A DNA stretch of 64,000 nt, taken from the NCBI GenBank assembly GCA_964016885.1, contig OZ024766.1, forward strand, positions 14,756,001-14,820,000. The letters are read 5' to 3'. The position numbers were made by a program, and so were the translations under genes. The number at the start of each line of letters is the position of its first letter. Within the stretch, counting starts at the first letter, position 1. Under the pieces are notes generated by a model. It saw only the letters and a list, made by a program, of their open reading frames with translations. It was not told where the DNA came from and did not search any database. Of this stretch, positions 49,296 through 61,139 are shown in pieces. Origin of the DNA: Eledone cirrhosa. Lineage: Eukaryota.

Positions 49296-50263
49296 ACTAC
49301 GTCCTAGTCAGGATGCGTGACAGACAGGATGTGCAGTGTGTTCGTGTTCTTCGTGGAGCTGAGTGCTGGACGGACCACCGCCTGGTACGCGCAAAAGTGA
49401 AACTAATCACCAAACGTAAAATCCGGGCTCCTGGTGTTGCCCTGCCCAAAAGATTGAATGCTGCTCGTCTTAAGGATAAAAATGTGAAGAGGACATTGGA
49501 AGAAGAGATGCAGGCTGCAGATCTTGGTGAGGATTGGCCTACCCTTAAAAAGTCGGTTTATGATGTAGGCAGGCGTGTTCTGGGATTGGTGCAGAGAAAA
49601 CATCAGGACTGGTTTAATGAGAATGATGTACATATAGAAGACTTGTTAGCTGATAAGAGGCGTGCTCTGTCACGCTACTTGACGGCAAAACCACAGGAGA
49701 GGAATACGTTGCATGAGGAACTCAGGGATGTAAAATCACGTGTTAGGCGGAGTCTTTCTCAGATGAAGGATCAGTGGTGGAGTGAGAAGGCTGGTGAGAT
49801 ACAAACTGCGTCTGATTGCAATAACACAAAGCTGTTGTACAGTCTCTTGCGTGAGGTTTATGGACCGTCTTCTTCTCTGGTGACACCGCTTCGCAGTAAG
49901 GATGGCAAAGAACTTCTTCGTGACTCACAGGGAATTCTATGAAGGTGGCGAGAGCACTTTGATGATCTTTTGAATCGGCCGTCTGTCGTCAGTGAAGATT
50001 TCCTCAATCTCATTCCAGAAAGTCCTGTGAAAGTAGCTCTCGCAGAACCTCCGACGCTTGTGGAGGTTGCAGTGGCTATTTCGAAGCTGAACAGTGGAAG
50101 ATCTCCAGGTATGGATGGCATACATGCTGAGCTCCTACAATATGGTGGTGAGAGACTCCTGCAACATCTTCACTCTCTGTTTGGAGGGATATGGGCTAAT
50201 GAATCCGTGCCTGAGGACTGGAGAGATGCAGTAATGGTGGTCTTGTACAAGGGAAAGGGTAAA
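49296..50263 (+). mobile_element. Middle piece of a BovB-like RTE LINE (APE C-terminus to RT start)
   Basis: YVLVR...[11 protein letters not shown]...HQDWF...RWREHF...SPGMDGI.AE...PEDWRDA...LYKGKG. Confidence 0.9.
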
Positions 50264-51502
50264 CCTTGATTTCAGCAAGGCCTTTGACAGGGTTGATCAT
50301 AACATTCTACTGAGAAAGCTGTCCAATATTGGTGTCACTGGAAAGCTGCTGCAGTGGATCAAGAGCTTCCTGTCAAACAGAACCCAACATGTTGTAGTTG
50401 AGGGAGTCAAATCAAGCCCAGCCAAAGTCAGTAGTGGAGTCCCACAAGGCACTGTGTTGGGCCCACTTCTCTTCATCATCTATATTAATGACATCACTGA
50501 CATCATCAAACACAGCAACATTAAAATTTTCGCTGATGATTCCAAGCTCCAAAAGGTCATCAATGGCGTGGATGACCGGATAAGCCTTCAGTCAGACCTA
50601 CTGGCTGTTACCCAATGGGCAGAAAAGAACAACATGTTACTGAACGAAGACAAATTCGAACTGATCCACTTTGGAAAAGAGGATGCTCTGAAACTCCCGT
50701 ACTCCCTTCCCTCCGGGGAAACTCTCGTGGCATCTAACAACATCAGAGACTTGGGAGTAACCGTGGACAGCAACATAAGCTGGACCACGCATATAAGCAG
50801 CAAAGTTGACATGGCCCGCAGAATGTGTTCCTGGATCCTCAGAACCTTCCAGTCGAGAGATTCCCGCACCATTATCCTTCTCTTCTCTACTTTCGCCCGA
50901 CCACACCTTGAATACTGTTGTCCACTGTGGTCTCCCCACACGAAACAAAGTATCATGAAACTTGAAGCTCCTCAAAGGGCAATCACGAAAAAGATAGATG
51001 GCATGTCAGACCTTGACTACTGGGGTCGATTGGAAAACCTGAAACTTTACTCACTCCAACGTCGCCGTGAGCGTTATATTATCTGCATGATGTGGAAAAT
51101 GTTCCATCATCACTGCCCAAATGATGTTGGCATCGCCTTCAAGATACACCCAAGGCTTGGGCCCCGTGCTATCCGTCCCATTCAAAAATCTAAATCGCAA
51201 CTCATAACAACAATACGGCACAATTATTTCACCTCAATCGGCCCTGCTCTCTTCAACATCACACCAGGACACGTCAAAACAGAAACTGACCACACAAAAT
51301 TCAAGAAGTCTTTGGACAAATTCCTCCAAGTAATCCCGGACAAACCACCCACACCCGGATATGTCTCCGCAAACAGTAATTCTCTTCTCGAATGGGCCAT
51401 GGTGCCCAAATCCTGAATTGAAAGACTTCGCCAGGTGGTGCTATTAAGTTAGACATGGCCTGGGCCAATACTGGCCAAAACATTTCAAAGTTATTCAAAG
51501 TT
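50264..51502 (+). mobile_element. 5'-truncated CR1-type LINE with an uninterrupted RT C-terminal frame (50265-51416)
   Basis: [60 protein letters not shown]; short 3'UTR ending (TTCAAAGTTA)2. Confidence 0.92.
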
Positions 51503-51524
51503 ATATATACATATATATATATAT

Positions 51525-51621
<97 letters not shown>

Positions 51622-51863
51622 CATGTATATATATATACATATATATATATACATGTATATATATATACATATATATACATGTATATATATATACATATAT
51701 ATACATGTATATATATATACATATATATATATATATACATGTATATATATATACATATATATATATATATACACACATATATATATACATGTGTATATAT
51801 ATATATATACATGTGTATATATATATATATATACATGTGTATATATATATATATATACATGTG

Positions 51864-51937
<74 letters not shown>

Positions 51938-51969
51938 CATATATATATATACATATATATATATACATA

Positions 51970-52140
51970 TGGTGGCTGCCAACTCGTTTTCGAGTACGGC
52001 CACTACTTTATATCCATGTAGGAGAACCCCTACCGATGCGCTGAACGAGTGTGACTTTTTAGTCCAACCAGCGACTTGAAAACTCTGGTACAAACACTAC
52101 ACTTGTGACAATTATTGACACATAGTGCTGGGCCCATGGT
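51970..52140 (-). mobile_element. 3' terminus of a BovB-like RTE (C-terminal C2H2 finger plus 3'UTR)
   Basis: [25 protein letters not shown] then a short UTR (CTCGAAAACGAG hairpin) into (TA)n. Confidence 0.7.
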
Positions 52141-52362
52141 ACCATGTGATGACAAGTGCAGAGAGATCTCCAGATCATATATACATATATATATATACAT
52201 ATATATATATACATATATATATATACATGTATATATATATACATATATATATATATACATGTATATATATATACATATATATATATACATATATATATAC
52301 ATGTATATCTATATACATATATATATATATATACATGTATATATATATACATATATATATAT

Positions 52363-52413
<51 letters not shown>

Positions 52414-52449
52414 CACATATATATATACATGTATATATATATATATATA

Positions 52450-52775
52450 TGGAGGCACATGGCTTAGTGGTTTGAGCATTGGCCTTGCAATCGAAAGGTT
52501 GTGAGTTCAATTCTCAGACCGGATGATGTGTTGTTTCCTTGAGCAAGACACTTTATTTCACATTGCTCCAGTTTACTCAGCTGTAGAAATGAGATGATAG
52601 GGACTGGGGTCCCTATCATTCCACTGTAAAGTGGTCGTGGAGGTGCCACGGCAAAAAAGCACCCAGCACTCACTGTAAATGAGGTTGGTGTTAGGAAGGG
52701 CATCCAGCTGTAGAAATCAAGCCAGAATCAGTTCCCGTCCCACCCTTGCAAGCAGGGTAAAAGTGGACGTAAAAT
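52450..52775 (+). mobile_element. SINE with tRNA head, central 11-bp hairpin and RTE-derived 3' tail
   Basis: TGGCTTAGTGG / GAGTTCAATTC boxes; ATGATAGGGAC tggg GTCCCTATCAT hairpin; tail GGTTGGTGTTAGGAAGGGCATCCAGC...GGACGTAAAATGA shared with the RTE 3'UTR. Confidence 0.85.
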
Positions 52776-52830
52776 GAATACATATACATGTATATATATA
52801 TACATGTATATATATATATACGTGTATATG

Positions 52831-52865
<35 letters not shown>

Positions 52866-52962
52866 GTATATATATATATCTATATATATATATACATGTA
52901 TGTATATATACATGTATATATATATCTATATATATATATACATGTATGTATATATACATGTG

Positions 52963-52993
<31 letters not shown>

Positions 52994-53331
52994 ATATACG
53001 CATGTATAAATGTCTTGTTACGGGGGACTAAACCCAGAATTTGTCTACTATTATTGATGGTCGCTTGTTCAGTTTTCTTCTACGAAATGTAACGTACATA
53101 TTTCATTTTCTTCTCAACTCTCCACATTCGGTTCATTCATCTATATATCTTACAATCCCCCAGAATCAAAATAATCGTATTCAAAATTGGCTTTCTATAA
53201 TTCTGTTCTGTCTCACCGTTGTTCTAAAAATAATTCTGCTCCTCGCAAACTACCCCTCCCGCCCCCACTCTCCACCTTATTATTTGGACCAATCACAAGT
53301 AAACGACAAGTAACACTAACTTCAAAAAACG

Positions 53332-56300
53332 AGAAAATCACTTGATCACCTACAGATCAGGGGATCATACCAGCCAGGTAGATTATATCCTTACCAGAAG
53401 ACGTGACAGAGTGACTGTTGTAAACACTAAATCCCTCCCCCATGAAGAATGCACCTCCCAACATAGACTGATAATTAGCGACCTCATAGTCAGGACGAGA
53501 CGTACTCGACAGCAGAAGAGGACTATCCTCAGGAGAAAAATATGGAAGCTAAAGGACCCCACAGCCAGAAATAAATTTCAAAGCATATTACTTGATGCTT
53601 TCGACAGTAAGGAAGAGCATTTAGAGTCGTACAATATAGAGGAACAGTGGGAATTCCTGAAAGCAAACCTGCTGATGGCGGCAGACGAAGTCTGTGGCCG
53701 GAGCAGGCCTGTAGGTAGGAGGAGAGTAACATGGTGGTGGGACAGTAAGGTGGAGGAGTCGATTAAGGCCAAAAAGCAGGCTTGGAAAGTATGGCGGGAT
53801 GGGGGAAGTAGAGAAGACTATCAAGTGGCCAGGAGGGAAGCTAGGAGACAAGTGTACTTCGCAAGAAGGGAAGCAGAGGAAAGAAAGTTCAAGCATGTTC
53901 TACAACGCGAGGACCAAAAACGTGAGGTGTTCAGGATTGCTAGACAATGTGTCAAGGAAAACCGTGATATTGTTGGGGAGAAGTGTGTACTAAATGATGA
54001 TGGTGTACTCGCCATCACTGACGCTGATAAGAAGGTCGCTTGGAAGTGTCACTACGAGAGGCTACTAAATGAGGAGAATAAATGGGAGAAGGATAGTCTC
54101 CCCCAGATCGATCCAATAGAGGGACCAGCAGTGTTAGTTGAAGGTAGTATAATAAGTAAGGCAATCAAAGATATGAAGACGCGTAAGGCGGCTGGGCCTT
54201 CGGAAATAGTTGCTGAGATGCAAGGGTAAAGGAGACGCCCTAGATAGGAGTAACTATAGAGGCATTAAATTAATCGACCAGGTCATGAAGGTCACGGAAA
54301 AAGTAATAGTGCAACTAATCAGAGAGAGAATCGATCTAGATGAAATGCAATTCGGGTTTGTGTCAGGCAAAAGTACCACAGACGCTCTTTTCATTGTACG
54401 ACAACTACAGGAGAAGTACCTAGCTAAAAGTAAACCCCTATACTTAGCCTTTGTCGACTTGGAGAAAGCCTTCGACAGAGTCCCCCGTTCCATTATCTGG
54501 TGGGCTCTTAGAAAACTAGGTGTTGATGAATGGCTTGTGAGAGCTATACAAGCCATGTATAAAGAAACAGTGAGCAAGGTTAGAATTAACAACGAATATA
54601 GTGAAGAGTTTAGCGTAAAAGTTGGTGTCCATCAGGGTTCTGTTCTTAGCCCCCTATTTATTATTGCCCTTCAGGCTATAACAGAGGAGTTCAAGACCGG
54701 CTGCCCATGGGAACTCCTATACGCAGATGATCTAACGCTCATAGCTGAATCAATAGCCGAGCTAGAGAAGAAATTCCAAACATGGAAGCACGGCCTAGAA
54801 TCAAAAGGCCTTAAAATTAAACTAGCTAAGACTAAAGTTCTAGTTTGTAGGAAAGAAAATAAGGCGCCGGTCCCTTCCGGGAAATGGCCATGCTCAGTGT
54901 GTAGGAAAGGCGTAGGTAGAAACTCCCTTTTATGTCCCAAATGCAAAGTATGGGTGCATAAAAGATGTAGTGGGATCACAGGTAAGCTAACTAAGAACAC
55001 AGATTTTACATGTGGCCGGTGCTCTGGTGCAATAAGTAGCAGCAAGTGCCCATCAAAATACTAGCTCTTTCAATTGCGCAGAGAGTTCTATAGAAATAGT
55101 GGACAGCTCCCGTTACCTGGGTGACAAAATCAGCAGTGGGGGAGGGTGCTCTGAAAGTACAGTAGCTAGAGTCAGAACTAGAGAGGAACGAAGCTTGCAT
55201 GCTCCACTGGATGTGTAATAGTAATATACGTGAACAGCAAAGCATAAACGAACTAAGGAAAAAATTAGAAATAAGAGGGATCAGATGTTGTTTACTCGAG
55301 AGAAGGCTACGTTGGTATGGTCACGTGATGCGCATGAAAGACGACAGCTGTATAGCAAAGTGCAGGGCAATAAAGATAGATGGTAGCCACGGAGTAGGCA
55401 GACCCAGAAAAACCTGGGACGAGCTGATAAGTTCCGACCTCACACACTTACACCTCTCCAAGACAATGTCACTGGACCGAGACCTTTGGCGGTACTCAGT
55501 AATAGAGAAGACCCGCCTTACCTAAATACAAAGTAAAACCTACTACAGTCAGTAGGCATCTCTATCAAAACACACCCCCGTCCCACCACCTCCACCCCAC
55601 CCACACCGCCCCTTTCAATGTAAAGTTATGTTGGTGCCACAACATCCAGGCCGAAACAAATGAGATCGTGTAGGTGTCACGACAAAAAAACACACAGTCC
55701 ACGCTGTAATGTGGCCGTGTAGGCAACACGGTAAAAACCTCCCAGCCCCACACTGTAAATGTGGTTGGTGTTAGGAAGGGCATCCAGCTGTAGAAAACCC
55801 GCCAGACAGTCCACGCTGTAATGTGGCCGTGTAGGAAAACACGGTAAAAACCTCACAGCACCACACTGTAAATGTGGTTGGTGTTAGGAAGGGCATTCAA
55901 CAGTCAGTAGGCATCTCTAACAAAATACACCCCCGTCCCACCACCCCCACTCCATCCACACCGCCCCTTTCAATGTAAAGTTATGTTGGTGCCACAACAT
56001 CCAGGCCGAAACAAATGAGATCGTGTAGGTGTCACGACAAAAAAACACACAGTCCACGCTGTAATGTGGCCGTGTAGGCAACACGGTAAAAACCTCCCAG
56101 CCCCACACTGTAAATGTGGTTGGTGTTAGGAAGGGCATCCAGCTGTAGAAAACCCGCCAGACAGTCCACGCTGTAATGTGGCCGTGTAGGAAAACACGGT
56201 AAAAACCTCACAGCACCACACTGTAAATGTGGTTGGTGTTAGGAAGGGCATTCAACAGTCAGTAGGCATCTCTAACAAAATACACCCCCGTCCCACCACC

Positions 56301-56620
56301 CCCACTCCATCCACACCGCCCCTTTCAATGTAAAGTTATGTTGGTGCCACAACATCCAGTCCTAAATAAATGAGGTTGTGTAGTTGTCACGACAAAAAAA
56401 CACAGTCCACACTGTAATGTGGCCATGTAGGTAACACGGTAAAAACCACCCAGTTCCACACTGTAAACGTGGTTGGTGTTAGGAAGGGTACCCAGCCATA
56501 GAAAACCCGCCAGACAGTCCTATGTGAGCAAGACAACCACTCTTGCCTCAAGTGGGAAAACTCCCGTCCAAACCCATGCAAGCGTGGACCATGGACGTTA
56601 AACGATGATGATGATGATGA
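53332..56620 (+). mobile_element. 5'-truncated RTE LINE (PHD-bearing family) with tandemly repeated 3'UTR
   Basis: ORFs 53342-54229, 54210-55064 and 55199-55525 parallel the 8693 copy; internal deletions near 54220 and 55180; (GAT)n tail. Confidence 0.95.
55546..56520 (+). repeat. 355-bp tandem repeat of RTE 3'UTR, about 2.7 copies
   Basis: CAGTCAGTAGGCATCTCT at 55546, 55901 and 56256. Confidence 0.9.
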
Positions 56621-56627
56621 TATATAT

Positions 56628-57470
56628 ATTTGCGCGTACCATCCTGACTAGGACGTAGTCCAAAAGATGCCATTCCTTAGATGCAGGATGCATCCATGTG
56701 GTCTTGAATTTGTTCTTTTGTTGGAACATGGTGTTGGTAACACACAGATCCAGCTCCTCACACATCTGCAGCAGGAGCATACCATTGTTGTTACACTTTC
56801 CCACCCCATGCCTTCCGATTACATTCCATGTGTTAAAATCCCTACCCACTCTAGCATTAAAGTCACCAAGCACGATGACTTTGTCTGCCTGAGGGATATT
56901 TCTTAAAACACCTTTCAAGGCATGGTAAAAGGACACTTTTTCTTCATCGACAGAATTCATAGTTGGAGCATACACACTCACCAGGGTCGCATATCTTCCT
57001 TTGTCCAGCGGAACTCTCATGTACATAAGACACTCACTAATCCCTACTGGGAATTCTACTAATTTATTCACAAGTACAGTCTTAACAGCAAATCCTACCC
57101 CAGCCTCTCTTCTGGTTCCTTCATCTCTTCCTTTCCAGAAGAATGTATATTCTCCACAAAATTCTGTAAGATGACCATCTCCAGCTAACCTCGTCTCAGA
57201 TAAAGCCACGATGTCAAGATCGTAACGTCGAAGCTCCTTTGCAACAAGAGCGGTCCTTCGTTCAGGACGCTCCAAGGAATCCCTGTCAAGCAGCGTCCGT
57301 ACGTTCCAGCAGCCAAGACTAAATGCCTTGTTTGGCTCTATTACAATGGCACGATGACGAGCGGGCCCCGGCTGTGATAACCTGGGGCCCCTGCCCTTAT
57401 TGCCAATTATCTTTTTTGTTCCAGAGCCTAAATTGCCAATTATCTCTTTTATATTGTTCTGGAACATCAT
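56628..57470 (-). mobile_element. 5' piece of a BovB-like RTE LINE (APE domain)
   Basis: GCWNVRTLLD, RPERRTALV, ALSETRL, SVYAPT, LGDFNARVG, TWMHP, WHLLDYVLVRM. Confidence 0.9.
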
Positions 57471-57509
57471 TGAATTGGAAGAAGAAGAAAAAAAAAATAA
57501 TAATAATAG

Positions 57510-58505
57510 TAACAATAATAATAATGATTTCATTTATTAGCCACAAGGGCCGACATGTAGGGGACAATACAAAGACAGGGACAGTGGGGGTTTACAATAA
57601 GGTCGAGTAAAAGTGCACAATGGCAAGTCTAATTTAACAATGAAGATATAAAAATATAAAATAAACTATGCATAAATATAACAAAATAAATTCCCCGATA
57701 GGGGGTGGACGACCCTGAACCACCCTGTGCTTCTAGGGCACCCAGGGAGAGCACCCCTCTCCTCAACTTAGCTAGCCTATAGGCACATGGTCAGAGTAGG
57801 GCCATTCACACGAGCCATTCTCGCCACATTCACCCACCTTTTAGAAAATGTACTGGGGAGCAGCACTTCTCTCTCCACCCTCACCTTCCTTTCCAGGTGA
57901 AACTTGAAGAAGTTGATGAGGGATTGGCCGAAGAGAAAAGTGTCTGTCTTTAGTCCATTCAACCTGGTCCACCATATAATCTCTTTCTCAACTTCCACCA
58001 GACAGAGGAAATGTCCTGCTCTTTCTGACCTAAGGAAGGCGGTGGATCGATCTTCACTATGGACTCGGCCGATAGCCGGATTCGTTCCACACGTGACAGT
58101 AGCTGTTCGACATAACTCCACAAGTCAGTAATGCACGGACATTGGACAAGTGCGTGCAGAACGGTTTCGTCGTTCTGTGCGCATCTTGTGCAGGTCCGTC
58201 TGACAGCACTTCCGTGCCTGTAGAGTTAATCCCGAACCGGCAGTGCCCCCTGGTAGCACTGCCAAGCGAGGGATTTCTGGAAATTGTCCATCGTCCCCGG
58301 CTCAAAAGTCCTCCGGTACAGACTGGTCAGTTCGACTTCGTCGAGGCCCAAAGCTTCTCCGAGTGCGTCATCGCACTTGCCCACCACTAATCCTCTATAG
58401 AACTCGAGAGTGGAAGTTCCACTGATCGCATTGCCCGCTTGGTAGAGGGCAGTGAGTGCCTGGCAACATTCCAGGTGCCAGTCACCCAGTCTCGGTCTCT
58501 TCTTG
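57510..58505 (-). mobile_element. 3' fragment of an L1/Tx1-type LINE (CCHC zinc-binding C-terminus plus 3'UTR)
   Basis: LAWQCYQGALPVRD followed by a CxxC...ET..H....C motif and IIWWTR; AATAAA and simple-repeat tail. Confidence 0.75.
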
Positions 58506-58781
58506 CTAGTACAGCGTTCCTTTGTCAGTGTTGAACAAACGAGCAAATATGGTTGCTGGACACTACGGCTTAATACAGGATGTTTGTTTACAAACACACC
58601 GAGCATTATAATAAATGTTCGGTGAATCCATACATACATATATATATGTGTGCATGTATGTATATATATATACATACTACTGTACGTCTGTATACATATA
58701 TGTATGTACGTGTACATACTTATATTTAAGTAACAGCCGTACTAAGAGTGGGAAATGAAATTTCGTTTCATTTTTTCCGTT

Positions 58782-58785
<4 letters not shown>
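58506..58785 (+). repeat. Diverged copy of the 442-bp hammerhead family, truncated inside the ribozyme
   Basis: Begins CTAG-TA-CAGCG-TTCCT (hammerhead 3' half), then aligns with 46347-46573 and the wrap-around monomer sequence. Confidence 0.7.
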
Positions 58786-58813
<28 letters not shown>

Positions 58814-58814
58814 A

Positions 58815-60296
58815 AGTAAAGGGGATGCTCTGGAGAGGAGCAATTATAGGGGCATAAAGCTGATGGATCAGGTTATGAAAGTGGCAGAGAGAATATTAGC
58901 GCAACTGATTAGAGAAAGGGTCAATTTAGATGAGATGCAGTTTGGTTTTGTGCCTCGGAAAAGTACAACAGATGCCCTCTTCTTAGTGAGGAAACTACAA
59001 GAGAGGTTCTTAGAGAAGAACAAGCCTCTATACTTAGCTTTTGTTGACCTAGAGAAGGCCTTTGATAGGTACACCGATCTGTCATCTGGTGGTCCCTAAG
59101 GAAACTAGGTGTAGAGGAATGGCTTGTGAGGACAGTGCAAGCTAAGTACAGGGGTGCTGTCAGTAAAGTGAGAATAGGAATGGAGTTTAGTGAGGAATTG
59201 CAGATGCAAGTAGGTGTAAATCAAGGTTCGGTCCTCAGCCCACTCTTGTTCATTATAGTCCTCCATACCATAACAGAGGAGTTTAAGATTGGATGCCCAT
59301 GGCAACTTCTCTATGCTGATGATCTGGTTCTTATAGCATAATCAGTAGAGGAGCTAGAGAATAAATTCTGCCTATGGAAACAGTAGTTGGAATCAAGAGG
59401 CCTGAGAGTGAACATAGCTAATACAAAAGTGTTGATGAGTAGAAAAGAGGACAATACTCTGATTCCATCAGAGAAATGGCCATGTTCGATATGTAGGAAA
59501 GGAACTGGCATAAATTCCATAAAATGCAGATCTTGGGTACACAAGAGATGTAGTGGGATAGTAGGCAAACTAACAGGTAGGGAAAACTACATATGCAGTA
59601 GATGTACAGGGACATTTGACAGTAGGAGTCGCAGTGATAGACACATTTTTCAAATACAGGTGGGTTCTATAGAAGTGGTTGATAGCTTCCGGTACCTAGG
59701 TGATCAGATTAGCATGGGAGGGGGATGTTCCAAGGCTATAGTCTCCATAATAAAGACGAGTTGGAAGAAGTTTAGGGAGCTGCTTTCTCTGTTGACAAAG
59801 AAGGGTTTCTCCCTGCATACGAAAGGGCGGTTATATGATGCCTGTGTGAGATGCGCGATGCTGCATGATAGTAAGACATGGGCAGCAACTGCAGAAGATA
59901 TGCACGGCTGGAGAGAAATGAAGCAAGCATGCTCTGTTGGATGTGCAATGTCAATGTGTGTGAACGACCAAACATAGACGAGTTGAGAAAGAAACTGGGT
60001 ATAAGCGGGATAAGTTGGGTGTGCAAGAGAGAAGACTGAGATGGTATGGACATGTGATGCGCATGGAGGATGACCCCTGGGTAAAGAAGTGCCAAGAAAT
60101 CCCAGCAGAAGGAAGATGCAGAAGAGGTAGACCACGTAAAACATGGGCGGAGGTGGTGAGAGAAAACCTGAGATCACTGAAATTCACAGAGGAGATGACG
60201 GAGAACCGTGACAAGTGGAGAGATGCTGTGCTGAATAAGACCCATCCCATCCTTGCAAGCAGGGAAAAACGGACGTATGATGATGATGATGATGAT
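58815..60296 (+). mobile_element. 5'-truncated RTE LINE (PHD-bearing family)
   Basis: NYRGIKL, DLEKAFD, YADD, KWPCSICRK..WVHKRC..YICSRC, WYGHVMR; (GAT)n tail; several stops. Confidence 0.92.
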
Positions 60297-60469
60297 ATAT
60301 ATATATATACTAGTATTCAAGTGTTTAGGGAGAGACCGATAACATTGTTAGAACTCATTGCAGCCTTGAAGAGATGGTTTCAACAAGATTGGGTGGTGAA
60401 AGTTATAGTTTTCGTAGAAGGATCTCATCACATAAGGTTCCTTCAAAGATTCCTCTAGAGTTACAGAGT

Positions 60470-60785
60470 CATTTATATATATGTGTGTGTTTTGAACAAT
60501 GAAAATAAAACTTGAGACAAAGATATGTTCTTAATTAGTTCATTGTTTTACGGTCATTTCAGAGGTTTGATTGATCATGGTTGATTGATGTATTGACAAA
60601 CAGGTAGTTGTTATGTCACTAACTATTTCTAGTCTCAAAATACCTGATCAATCACACCATATCAATATATTGATTTACCATGATCAATCAACCCTCTGAA
60701 ACGATCGTAAACAATGAACCATATCTCAGACTTTTGTTTTATTTTCAATGTTCAATACCCACAAACACACATATATAATTGATAA
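60470..60785. repeat. Degenerate long inverted repeat (~130-bp arms)
   Basis: GTTCATTGTTTTACGGTCATTTCAGAGGTTTGATTGATCATGG versus CCATGATCAATCAACCCTCTGAAACGATCGTAAACAATGAAC, and flanking matches. Confidence 0.75.
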
Positions 60786-60884
60786 TTTCTTTGGAATAAT
60801 TTATGAGACTTGTGGCTGGAACAAAGTACCAGCCAGACAGATGGTGACCTAGTGGTGAAACAGCACAGTAGATAGAGCTATTCA

Positions 60885-61092
60885 CCCTGTAGCATTTACA
60901 TTACTCTATATTTACTATTATATATTCATGGTAAAGTCTTTATCTCACATAATATTGAATCTATGAGACTTTGATATTACTAATTTTGAGGACAATACAT
61001 TAACATCAATATGAGCTGCGAGTTACAGCCGGTTTAAACAGAAAGATGTGAGAGAACTTTGGCTGGATACGGCCAGTTTAAATGATAAAGGG
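60885..61092 (-). mobile_element. piggyBac-like MITE, reverse orientation
   Basis: TTCA|CCCTGTAGCATTTA ... TAAATGATAAAGGG|TTAA; body is the reverse complement of 2199-2419. Confidence 0.8.
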
Positions 61093-61139
61093 TTAAAGAT
61101 AAGTGACAGGCATGGAAAGACTGGAAAAATAAGGGTATC

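Larger units (their letters stand above)
51503..53005. repeat. Long compound (TA)n/(TACA) microsatellite region with embedded insertions
   Basis: Direct observation. All YI/IY-rich ORFs here are artefacts. Confidence 0.95.

Noticed and set aside
51970-52140. Host C2H2 zinc-finger gene exon
   Set aside because: A single finger ending at a stop, without TGEKP linkers and followed by a short UTR into microsatellite; fits an RTE C-terminus.
51301-53031. Numerous YI/IY-rich ORFs (also at ~31 kb, 34 kb and 44-46 kb)
   Set aside because: Translations of (TA)n/(CA)n microsatellites.
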